Positions 28,109-40,088 of a stretch of 64,000 nucleotides of DNA are shown piece by piece. Source of the DNA: Octopus vulgaris (lineage: Eukaryota); the NCBI GenBank assembly GCA_951406725.2, contig OX597831.1:36270001-36334000 (forward strand), read 5' to 3'. Below the pieces are notes generated by a model. That model saw only the letters and a program-made list of their open reading frames with translations. It searched no databases and had not been told where the DNA came from. The position numbers were made by a program, and so were the translations under genes. Position 1 is the first letter of the stretch. Each line of letters begins with the position of its first letter.

Positions 28109-28253
28109 CATATATATATATATATAAATACATATATATATATAAACATATATAGATATATAAATATATATATATAAATACAGATATAGATATATAAATA
28201 TATATATATAAATACACACACACACATACACACACACACACGCACACACACAT

Positions 28254-28288
<35 letters not shown>

Positions 28289-28571
28289 ATAAAGTCACAC
28301 AAACATGTGTATGCGTGTCAATGAATAAATAGGAGTATTGTAAATGGTACGAAAACAGATTGAACTCCGTTTGTTTGGAAGTTGGTCAGAAAAGAAAAAG
28401 ATATGATATAGATCTACGCCATTATCAAGCGACAACCTGTGCACATATGGAAAGATAAAGGAGATAAAGTGAGACTGAGATATTCGTTTCCCATCTGTGT
28501 CTTGTCTAACAATGTATCGGATTTAAAAGAAAATGAATTTTCTCATTTATTGAGGTGGCGGCAGCAGTAAT

Positions 28572-29218
28572 ATAGTAGTAGTAGTAGTAATAGTAGTAGT
28601 AGTAGTAGTGGTAGTAGTAGTAGTAGTAGTAGTAGTGGCAGTAGTAGTAGTAGTAGTAGTAGTAGCAGCAGCAGCAGCAGCAGTAGTAGTAATAGCAGTA
28701 GTAGTAGTAGTAGCAGCAGTAGTAGTAATTGTAGTAGTAGTAGCAATAGTAGTAATTGTAGCAGCAGTAGTAGTAGAAGCAGCAGTAGTAGTAGTAACAA
28801 CAGTAGTAGTAATTGTAGTAGTAGCAGCAGTAGTAGTAGTAGTAGTAGTAATTGTAGTAGTAGTAGTAGTAGCAGCAGTAGTAGTAATTGTAGTAGTAGT
28901 AGCAATAGTAGTAATTGTAGCAGCAGTAGTAGTAGAAGCAGCAGTAGTAGTAGTAACAACAGTAGTAGTAATTGTAGTAGTAGCAGCAGTAGTAGTAGTA
29001 GTAGTAATTGTAGTAGCAGTAGCAGTAGTAGTAATAGCAGTAGTAGTAGTAGAAACAGTAGTAGTAGCAGCAGTAGTAGTAGTAGTAGTGGTAGTTGTAG
29101 TAATTGTAGTAGTAGTAGCAGCAGCAGTAGTAGTAGTAGTAACAGTAGTAGAAGTAACTGTAGTAGTAGTAGCAGTAGTAGTAGTAGTAATTGTAGTAGC
29201 AATAGCAGTAGCAGCAGC

Positions 29219-29274
<56 letters not shown>
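28572..29274. repeat. Degenerate (AGT)n array with internal 159 bp-period duplication
   Basis: The interruption pattern at 28712-28860 repeats at 28871-29016. Confidence 0.9.
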
Positions 29275-29696
29275 AGCTGTGGTAGAAGTTATCGTGGTTG
29301 TAGGATATGAATTTTTGGACTCAACGAATATTTTGAACTGGAAGAATCTGCTGTGGAAGACCTGCAAGGCATTTTGTTCGATCCGCTGGAAAAATCCTGG
29401 CAGACAGGGTAAAATGCCTTCTGGTGTTTAATGTCACATTACTGAATATCATTAAACTGTGAGTTCAAGATTCTTATTTTTTTGTTTCGAGATCGATATG
29501 CAATGTAAATGAATACAAGCCAAATACTGGTTATTCTAAAATAATTATACCCTTCAAATATCAGAAGAACGGGATCCGTTAAGGCATTGGTAAAGGAAAC
29601 GAAGAAGGGGAGCATCCAACAGGGTTCAAGTGTGGTGATATGTGAGAGTCGGTTTATTTGTCAGATGGTGTGTATGCAAATACGTATGTATGTATG

Positions 29697-30222
29697 GCCA
29701 TTGTTCAGTTTTATTTTAAGATTTCTTGCCAATAGAGAAAGAACCGGTTTCTAACCGAGATCCAAGGTTCCTTCATTGGAATTTCAACATCAACAACAGG
29801 GTATTTTTGCTGTGTGTATGTATGTATGTATGTATGTATGTATGTATGTATGTATGTATGTATGTATGTATGTATACATGCATGTATGTATGTATGTATG
29901 TATATGTATGCATGCATGTATGTACAGATTTATATTTTTTATGTATGTATTCTCATGCATATAGTTGCATATCTAGATATGTTCTTATATACTTAAATGA
30001 TAAACTTCTGGGAAGTTTTACAGATTTTTACAGTTCCAGTGATGGATTGGATCTGTAGTCTTCGAATTAGCTTTCTCCTTTCTGGTTTTTGAGAAGTCTA
30101 ATTTCTCAAGATTGATATTTAGGCAGTATGTTACATATCCCAGGGCCCCAATAATTACAGGTATAAACCTGAACTTGTAATCAGGATAGAGTAACTGCAG
30201 ATTTCCCAATAGTTCGACGTAG
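29697..30222 (-). mobile_element. 3' end of an R4/Dong-like (RLE) non-LTR retrotransposon with (CATA)n in the 3' UTR
   Basis: LLYPDYKFRFIPVIIGALGYV..., then after a frameshift SITGTVKICKT, typical of the restriction-like endonuclease C-terminus. Confidence 0.7.
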
Positions 30223-31348
30223 GTCTGTATGCATATAAATTGCGATATGGCTATTGTTCACAACAGAACCTGCGCAACATGTGGATAGAAGTGCCTCTCA
30301 GTTGGAGGAAGGTAAAGGTATGTCAAAAGAGTTCATACTATGGCGCCCGTTCCTTCTGCCAGCCAGCACCAGCAGTGCATTATGTAATAGAATGTGCAAA
30401 ATTCCTCCGGGCTCAGGAGTCAAACAAGGGCCTAACATTGCATCAACATTGACTCATTTCAGTGATTCTTTCTAGCAATCGCTTTGCCCGTATACGAGAA
30501 AGCAGCTAAGAAGATGTATGTTTGCATGCACGTATTCGTGTGAGTGTGAGTGTGTTTGTGTGGAATTTGCCCCTTCAAATATATAAGCAGGACTCTACTG
30601 TGTACGGCACCGGTGGTTTAAATTCAATAAGGATATTATAACACTAAATTAACTCTTATCTTTACTTATGCTCTTCGTTTACTAGACAAAAAGCTACCTT
30701 TTACTCATTATTTTCGCCCTGCACTGAAGATGGTCCGTCGCTAGACTCTTCTACTAATATATCAAATTTCTTTTTTCAGGATAAAAAGGTCACTACGTGT
30801 GATCTCCTAATAACTTTCTCATTGAACAATGACACTGATTCAGAGAGGGAGGGAGAGAGAGAGAGAGAGAGAGAGAGGGAGAAGGAGAGAGGGGGAGGAG
30901 GGAGAGAAATCAGCTCTAACTTGACTGGTAATATTTCAATCGAGCTCAAAAGAATGAAACGCAATGATGACTTCTGCAGATTCTAACTGAATGCGAGGCA
31001 TTCATACACCTACAATATCGACGGCCATCGCTGGCGATCAGATAAGACCAAGTTATCAACATATACTTAGTTTTGGTTGACGTATAGTCAAGAGCAGACA
31101 TTCCCACATTTTACACCGCGGGGCATGAAGGATCTGAAGGGGGGCAGAGTGATTGGGATGTAGCTGTACTTGGTTGGTATATCATTTATCTATCTAGAAA
31201 GGATGGAAGTCAAGGTGACCTAAATGGGTCTTGAATTCAGAGAATAGAGACAGAAGAACGAATGTAAGAGTGCCTATTAACCAACAAACTGATATTTTTG
31301 CCAATTCACAGCCTTCTATAAACATACATACACACATACACCGTAGTA

Positions 31349-31550
<202 letters not shown>

Positions 31551-31554
31551 TATA

Positions 31555-31796
31555 TGTAACTAATTTGTACTTTTGTACATGTATTTTTATTTTTGCAGTT
31601 TTATTGTTTGTCTATGCCAGAAAAAAGGCTTTTTCGTTCGTCCTCTTGTGTGTTTGTTTTTGTACATGTATCTCGTATTGTAACTAATTGTATTTTTTGT
31701 ACATGTATTTTTATTTTTGCTGTTTTATTGTTCGTCTATGCCAGAAAAAAGGCTTTTTCGTTCGTCCTCTTGTGTGTTTGTTTTTGTACATGTATT
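31555..31796. repeat. ~125 bp tandem duplication at the start of a pLTR-like T-rich element (to about 32095)
   Basis: TGTAACTAATT...GTCTATGCCAGAAAAAAGGCTTTTTCGTTCGTCCTCTTGTGTG...GTACATGTAT occurs twice. Confidence 0.85.
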
Positions 31797-32172
31797 TTAA
31801 TTTTGCAGTCTTATTGTTACGTCTTGTTTGTGTTCGTACTCATTTTGCCCCGCTGCTTGGAATTTTATTTTAATTCTCTCGCAGGAAGGCCTATTGGATT
31901 AGTGTTCTGTTATGCCTTCGAAACATGCCTGACTCCTCTAGCGACAGCTGATGACGGGGGTTTTGTCCTTGTGTAGCTCGTCCTGTATTTGTTTTTCGTT
32001 TTCTTGTTTTTCGTTTTCCGTTTTCTTGTTTTTTGTTTTTTGGTTTTTTCCGTTTCTACGTCTTATTGTGATGTCCTGTACTCCCGTATAATTATTTATA
32101 TATGTATGTATATATACATGTAGATGTAGGTACGTACATATATGTTTGTATGTATGCATATATTTTTATTTA

Positions 32173-32235
<63 letters not shown>

Positions 32236-32604
32236 CACGCACACACATTTGTAAGAATGTATAAATACATAGTCTCATAAGTTATACATGAATCATTGGT
32301 ATATTTCATTTTACAGTTGGTGTATAAAGAGAACGATATTCCCCTGGAAACAAAACAAACGGAAAGAAATTTTTTTAATAAGAATAAGAAAACGCGAAGT
32401 AAAAATAAAATCACTTTACGGAACAAAATAATATTCTTGCTGAATTATTTATGATATATAAGAATTACGTTTCTGTCCCCAAACCGCTAACACCACCAGC
32501 ACAACAGCCGCCATCACCACCATAACCGCTACCATCACCAGCAGCAATTTTCCGACACAACAACCAGCACCACCTACCATCACATAGTATTCATTAGATG
32601 TAAA

Positions 32605-32718
<114 letters not shown>

Positions 32719-33063
32719 TACATATATATATATATGTATGTATATATGTATATATATATATATATACATATATACATATATACACATATATATATATATA
32801 TATACACATATATACATACATACATATGCATATACGTATATATATGTATATATATATACACATATATACATAAATACACACACATATATGTATATATATG
32901 CGTGTGTGTGTCTATGTACGTACATATATGTATACATATGAATATATGTGTGTATATACGTATACACACACATGCACATACACATACACACACACAAATG
33001 CATAGCTTCCATGTTTGTATGCGTGTGTATACCTGTATAAATATGAAAATATACATATAAGAC

Positions 33064-33109
<46 letters not shown>

Positions 33110-33767
33110 TGTTTCTGTGTATGCGTGTGTGTGTCAACTGCTACTCGAAAAAAAAAGATCAATATGTTTTGCTAAATATTTCGTTTTAAGACGAAAAAGT
33201 TAGCTATAATTTAGATAAATAAACACCCTCATATATACACATACATGCATGCAACACACAAGCGCACAATTGTGCTCACAGATTTTCAGAAACACATAAA
33301 ACACCTGGGAAGTTGTTAAATAATGCGGTAATATCTTATCTATATACACAATTCATTCTCTTTTCCCGCTAGTTTTTACGCTCTTAGTGTTATTTATTTA
33401 TTTCCCATATTATTTGTTTTGTGAAAATTGACTACGAACAAGATATCTTTTTACACTTTCTTACTTAATAAAATCCAATCATAAAAATCCAATCTTTTAA
33501 ACGAAAGAACTGATTTTAATGTTTTCGGAAGCGACTAAATAAGAAATTAATATTTTATCATCTAGGATGAAAAAAAACAAAAAAACAAGAAGAAGAGAGA
33601 TAAATTTAAAAAAAAGTAAATAAATCTGTATTTGTATGTCTAAAATATTTAATATTGAGTTTAAAACTATAATATATAAATACGTGTTAGTGTTATTTAT
33701 TAAAATCTTTCTGCGTGTGCACATAAACGCAAAGATATATTGATATACACATATATATTATAAAGAT

Positions 33768-33819
<52 letters not shown>

Positions 33820-33977
33820 ACACACACAAACACACACACGCGCACGATTGCGCTTTTGTTCGTATATATACATTCATATATTTGTATGTATGATTGTGTG
33901 TGTTTATATACGTATATATGTATACATAAATGTATATATATGTATATATATATATTATATATATATATACCTGTGAG

Positions 33978-34036
<59 letters not shown>

Positions 34037-34493
34037 TTATATATATATAAATGTGTATGTATGTATGGATGTATGTATACTCTTTCATTTCTTAGCTTCC
34101 AAGATTATATCTTACTGTAGGCATTTTTCTTTGTCTTATAGCAGCGTGCTTCAACCTTCTCAAAGTTTTCTTTCGCTTGTTATTCAAATATCGATGTTTT
34201 TCATTAAGTAGAAAACCGTTAATATTTAAACGGAATAGAGATTTCCAGGTTCAGTTATTATGCAGTATTTACTTACAGTCCTTTGTACATATATTCTTTT
34301 CAAATTCCATTTGAGTCTTACTTGCGATGTAATCCTGTCTGCGATTAACGTAAGAGAAAAACAAAAATATCTAGCCATGCATTAGAGTTTCCCGATTCGA
34401 CTGCACTCCTTTAGAATTCGTGTATGCTCTTTAGATATAAATTGATGGCTTAGCAATGAAAAACAAGCCGTCAATTATCATTTTGCATGGTAA

Positions 34494-34708
34494 GGCGGTG
34501 AGCTGGCTGAAGCGTTAGCAAGCCAGGCAAAGATTTAGCGGTATTTGGTTCGTCTTTACGTTCTGAGTTCAAATTCCGCCGAGTTTGACTTTGCCTTTCA
34601 TCTTTTCAGGGTCAATAACATAAGTGCTAGTTCAGCACTTGGGTCGATCTAATCGACTTACCCACCTCACTGAAATTGCTGTTCGCCATGTGCCAAAATT
34701 TGAAACCA
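34494..34708 (+). mobile_element. SINE family B
   Basis: GGCGGTGAGCTGGCTGAAGCGTTAGC...GAGTTCAAATTCCGCCGAG...TTGCCTTTCATC. Confidence 0.85.
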
Positions 34709-35315
34709 TTTTTATTTCGCACACTCTGATAGGTGTAGTCACCAAACCTTCCTCACATTAGAACTTTGCTGCTTAAGTATAATATATTTTAGGGTATTTT
34801 GCCGATAGAAGTCTTTGAAATATTTTAATGATTTCCTTGTTTAAGATGATATGGGAAAAATACGGTTTGATTTTGATCAGTTTTCTGTTATCTTATACTG
34901 TAAACAGTATTTTCTAGAAATAAAAGAGGTTTTTGTTTTGTAGTGGCAGTAGTAAACACATGTCCCGCGAGGTACAAAACTACTCTGGATATAAGTAAAT
35001 TATATATTCATTGATATATACAGACCGCATGGTCTCAGCAAAAACGCCTCAAAACACCGACCAGCTTGATAAGACCTTGCCAGGAAGTTACACAACCAGA
35101 ATAAAAACCTTATTTTATTTAGCAGAACTGTTTGATCAAAATTGGACAAAATGCTTTGTATAATCTAATTTTTAGTGTGAGTTCCAATCCATCTGTAGGT
35201 TTCTCTTACATCTTCCATGGGTAGATGAAATAAATATCAGTCAAGTACTAAGATTTGTATAATCAACAGTTCTCTACAAACAAATATCGGGTCATGTACC
35301 TTTATAAGAAATTAT

Positions 35316-35535
35316 CATTATTATTTTTCTTTTTATCTGAGTCTTGCGTGCGCAGCGGGCTTGCTGCCTGCAGCCTACAGCACCATGCTATATGTTCTAT
35401 CTAATGCTTTCTTGATTATTCTGGCCGTGTCAAGGAGGCAAAACTTTTGTAACAGTTCTACTGAGCACTCTATGCCGATTTCGTTTATATTCCTCTTGAT
35501 GCTTTCTTATACTGCCCACAAGGACCCAACAATGT
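35316..35535 (-). mobile_element. 3' end of a second R4/Dong-like RLE retrotransposon
   Basis: Minus-strand translation IVGSLWAV*ESIKRNINEIGIECSVELLQKFCLLDTARIIKKALD, then a short 3' UTR and (TAA)n-like tail. Confidence 0.7.
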
Positions 35536-36253
35536 CATAGGAAAATGGGCAACACGAGGGCTTCCATAAGTGATGGAATGAAAAGTATGGTCAACTTCGG
35601 ATCTTTTCGTACCTAGTCCGAATGCTTATAACAAAGCAGACTCCATTAAAATCAGTGAGTGGTCAGGTGACAAAGTAAATGTGTATGCCATCTAAGAACA
35701 TAAAACGATTCACTAATTTCCACATAATTGTTGTTGTTCAAAAATTCTCTCACAAAACACTGGTCGAATCGAGGTTGCGGAATACAAGATGTTATGCAAT
35801 TGGATCGATCCCAAAATCACAGAATTACGAAGCGAACTTATTACACTGGACAACAAAAATGCTACTACTGGGGAGAAAGCAGGTGTTTTAGACTAAATCG
35901 AGTTTGCTGATTTCGAATCCGCACTCAGAATTATTCTAGCATGACAGGATTTTGAGTTATGTGCTTGCGCAAAATTATAAGTATACTTTTGGCTAGATAT
36001 CGGCCGTATTATAAAATTTGCTAAAATGAAAGGGGTTTTAATTCAAAATTAAAGAAATATCAGCAATAAAACAAACGATGAGAAAGTTCATTATTTAGTT
36101 TAGCAACAGATGGCGCTGACATATTGTGTGCAATGCCAAATACGTTGGTTTGTTCTTGGTACCTCTGTGTCGTTTGCGCTGCCGTCATGCGTGGAATGTG
36201 TATCTCTCGCTCTGTGGTGATTACTGTTTTAACTGTATTCATTGTGTTAGATC

Positions 36254-37350
36254 ATGAATAGGAGAGGCTGTGTAAATCACCCAGACAACATTTGTTATGT
36301 CTGTGGAAAATTTGTTCCACGTGACCAGCGGAGGAACATTGCCACCAAATTAAAAATTGCCTATAAATATTATTTCAGGTGTAAAGTTGGGGATTAAGAC
36401 AAGAGGTGGGCACGTCATATGTGCTGCACCATGTGTTACCTAGGCTTACACAGCGGCTGAATGGAAAACGGAAGGGAATGCCTTTTGTTGTAGCAGTGGT
36501 ATGGCGTGGATGTCTCTGATTGTTACTTTTGCATGACTAATATCAGTGGTTTCTCTAAGAAGACCAAAGCAAAATTCGTGTATGCAGATTGTAAGTCGAC
36601 TCTAAAACCGATCCTACATGACTTCGAGGACCCTGTCCCAGTTTCCCTCTCACATGCTTCACTTGAAAATCTTGACATGTCAGACGATGAAACCCCTAAT
36701 TCTCCTATCAACGAAGAGTATGTAGTATATTCTCAGAAAAATGAGCCAGGTTAGTTTAATAAGATTTGAACGAATTAGTAAGAGATCTAGCATTGTCAAA
36801 GGAGAGGGCAAAATTTTTTGGATCCAAATTACAACAACGGAATCTCCTACAGCAAGGTACGAAAATTTCCATTTTCCGTTCTCGACATCAGGGTTTATCT
36901 GTCTTTTGCAAGCAAGAAACTAATGCCTGTTTCTGTACTGACGTTAATGCACTCATGCAAAAACTAGGACACGTGCATGTGGCTAACGAATGGAGATTGT
37001 TTATAGATTCGAGTAAGGTTAGCTTCAAAGCTGTGTTGTCATATAATGATAAAGAAAAACCTTCCATCCCTGTGGGTCATGTTGTCGGTATGGAAGAAAC
37101 TTATGAATCGATGGAACTCTTTCTGAAAGGAGTTAATTACTCAGCTCACTAGTGAAATAATTGTGGTGATTTAAAGGTGATTTCCCTACTCCTTGGACTG
37201 CAGCTGGGATATACCAAAAATATGCGCTTCTTGTGTGTGTGGAACAGCCGCGACGACAGCAATCATTACACTGTAAAAGACTGGCCTAAAAGTGATGAGT
37301 GCATAGTTGGTCGGTACGATGTGCAGCATATGCTACTGGTAGACCAGTAA
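36254..37350 (+). pseudogene. Decayed DNA-transposon transposase (CYVCG..DKRWARH..DCYFC..WRLFIDSS..CGDLK family; tentatively Sola3-like)
   Basis: MNRRGCVNHPDNICYVCG; YFRCKVGD*DKRWARHMCC; SDCYFC; NELVRDLALSKE; EWRLFIDSSKVSFKAVL; CGDLKVISLLLGLQLGYTK; multiple stops and frameshifts, 3' truncated. The element probably starts near 35890. Confidence 0.8.
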
Positions 37351-37609
37351 AAGAGCTGAGCATATAAAAAACAAAGTCATTATATCTTAACATAAATATA
37401 CTATGTATCATATTATAATATTATTTGCCTTGAACATCAATTTATTATATTACAATACTAATATGCTATTATAATAATTATTTACCTTGAACATAACTAT
37501 TCCTGATTCTAATATAGTATTAATATACTACTAGCTGGACCGTGAAAAATTCACTGTAAACAAAAAAATGTAAGCACCTGTAAACTGGTGCCATGAAAAA
37601 TGTTTGTAT

Positions 37610-37760
37610 ATTATGGCCGTCTGTCATTACGTTCTGAGTTCAAATACTGTCGAGGTCGACTTTGGCTTTCATCTTTTCAGAGTCGATAAATTAAGTATCA
37701 GTTGTGTACTAGAGGCGATCAAAACAACTGTCCCCCGTGCCCACAAAAGATTCAGGCCTA
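37610..37760 (+). mobile_element. SINE family B, partial
   Basis: TTACGTTCTGAGTTCAAATACTGTCGAGGTCGACTTTGGCTTTCATC. Confidence 0.75.
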
Positions 37761-37784
37761 TAAAAGTATATTGTGACAGTTACT

Positions 37785-38724
37785 ACCCCCTTCCTCCTCC
37801 ACCTCGGATCTTTCCAGGAAGTCCCTAACTTCCTCCTCGAACTTTTCTAGGAAGAGATTCCTCCCCTTCCTCTACCTCCTCCTCTTACACCCCATCTTCG
37901 GAACATTCCAGGAAGTCCTTCCTTCCAATCCTCCCTTTCCAACACCACCTCAGAACATTCCAGGAAGTCCCTACCCACTCCTCGGACTTTTCCGGGAAGT
38001 TCCTACCATCTCATCGGAACATTTCAAGAAGTATTTCCTCACCCTTCTTCCTTTCCTCCCTTCCACAGAACTTTCTAGGAAGTCGCTACACTCCTCCGCG
38101 GACTTTTCCAGGAAGTCATTACTCCTCCTCCCCTTCATCTTCCTCGGAACTTACCATGAATTCCTTCCTACCCCTCCTCCCCTTCCTCGGAACTTTCCAG
38201 AAAGTCCCTACACACATCTTCGGAACTTTCCAAGAAGTCCTTCTTCCCCACGCATAAGAAATTTAGGTAGAAGCTAGATATATGTCCGACCTTGTGCAGA
38301 GGTCCCCTCGGAACTTTCCTTGAAGTCCATCTCCTCCTCTCCTCCCATCCCCATCCCCTCCACCCCTTTCTCCCTACTCGGAACTTTCCAGGAAGTCCTT
38401 CCTCCTTCTCTCCTTCCTCCCATACTCAGAACTTTCCTGGAAGTCCTTCCTTTCCCTCTTCCCATCTTACCTCCCTTTCCCTTCCTCCCCTCCTCGGTAC
38501 TTTCCAGGAAGTGTTTCTTTCCCGCCCTCCTCCCCGTCCCCTTATTCCTCTTCTCCTCCTCGGAACTCTATAAGAAATCCCTTCACCTCCTCTGACTTTC
38601 CCAGGAAGTCCTCTCATTCCTCCCCTCTTCCCCTTCTGCCAATCCTCGGAACTTTCCAGGAACTCCCAGGAAATCCCTATCCCCTCTTCGGAACTTTTCA
38701 GGAAGTCCTTCCTTCTCCTCCCAT
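37785..38724. repeat. Array of about 20 conserved 22-mers (CTCGGAACTTTCCAGGAAGTCC) with variable C/T-rich spacers
   Basis: Cores at about 37803, 37836, 37897, 37949, 37981, 38013, 38064, 38097, 38143, 38186, 38219, 38307, 38377, 38425, 38493, 38559, 38591, 38645 and 38687. Confidence 0.9.
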
Positions 38725-38725
38725 T

Positions 38726-39421
38726 GGATCTACTTCTAGCATAAGGGTTGTCCACACAGTGGTCATCTCTCTCATATGTATGTAATACGATTTACTGAAC
38801 CTTCAGATTTTAATATGCTAGACCACTGGTTTTAAATTGATGTTAATCAAATTAATATCCAATTTTTCACCCTCAATTTAAATTTAAATTAATAGTTCTC
38901 TAACCGGCAAACGCTACTGTAGTGAATTATTTCCTGCAGTCTTATTTCCGGGAATATAGTGCGCCGAAAGGAGGACTTTTGAAAAATAACCACAAGTGTA
39001 ATAGGTAGAACTAGATATATGTCCGACCTTGTGCAGAGGTCCCGTGTATAGTTCTGCAATTTATATTTGTATTGACGATCATACTGAAGATCTACGGACA
39101 AATTGCGTAAGTAAAATTACGTAATCTGTTGATAGTGAAACATGTTTGTGATTAATCTTTATTTTTGTTACTTTTCTTTTGTCTTGCTCGCTTACGTTCT
39201 GCTGTTTGCTAAATTTTCTTGAGAACATTTCTTAGTGGTAAGACCATATCGGATCTACTTCTAGCATAAAGGTTGTCCATATAGTGGTCATCCTTCTCAT
39301 ATGTATGTAATACAATTTATTGAAACTTCAGATTTTAATATGCTAGACCACTGGTTTTAAATTGATGTTAATTTAATTAATTATATAATTAATGATTATC
39401 CAATTTTCACCCACATTTTAA

Positions 39422-39426
<5 letters not shown>
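38726..39426 (+). mobile_element. 1.3 copies of a 525 bp HHR-bearing unit (retrozyme or pLTR-like)
   Basis: 38726-38886 repeats at 39251-39426; homologous to 56088-57170. Confidence 0.8.
39077..39153 (+). ncRNA. Type-I hammerhead with long stem II
   Basis: GATCATA-CTGAAGA-tCTA..TTGCGTAA..TTACGTAA..TAGt-GAAA-CATG-TT-TGTGATT: 7 bp stem I and palindromic stem III. Confidence 0.7.
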
Positions 39427-39492
<66 letters not shown>

Positions 39493-39536
39493 GTAGATAG
39501 ACAGACAGACAGATAAATACATTTTAAATCTTTAAT

Positions 39537-39876
39537 TCTTTTACTTTTTCACTTATTTGATTGTGGCCAAACTGGCGCACCGCCTTTAGTCGAACTAATC
39601 GACCCCAAGATTCTTTCTTTGTATGCCTATTCTATCGGTTCTTTTGCCGAACTGATATGTTACGCGCACGTAAACACACCAACATCAGTTGTCAAGGGAT
39701 GGTGGAGTTACAAGCACAGACACACAAATGCATACATACATACGTATATATATATATATATATGATGAAAGATGAACCGACCAAGCTATCAGATATTGCT
39801 ACACATCGCTGGTCACAATGCGCTTCACATTGTTTTAGCTTTCAAATGCCGCCACCCCGCTGGCTAACCGAGCAGG

Positions 39877-39918
<42 letters not shown>

Positions 39919-40088
39919 TATATACACGACGGGCTTCTTTCAGTTTCCGTCTTCCAAACCCACTCACAAAGCTTTGGTCGGCCCGAGGCTATAGTAGAAG
40001 ACATTTTGCTAAGATTCCACGCAGTGGGACTGAACCCGGAACCATGTCGTTGGGAAGCAAGCTTCTTACAACACAGCCACTCCTGAGC
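39537..40088 (-). mobile_element. SINE family A with ~115 bp foreign insert in its (TA)n
   Basis: Tail, (TA)n, insert at 39764-39879, (TA)n, head. Confidence 0.85.

Noticed and set aside
31880-31960. GAAGGC...GCCTTC-GAAACATG as a hammerhead
   Set aside because: No CUGANGA box precedes the stem; at most a fully decayed relic.
37785-38724. True CRISPR array
   Set aside because: Eukaryotic context, no cas genes, degenerate repeats, and low-complexity spacers of very uneven length.
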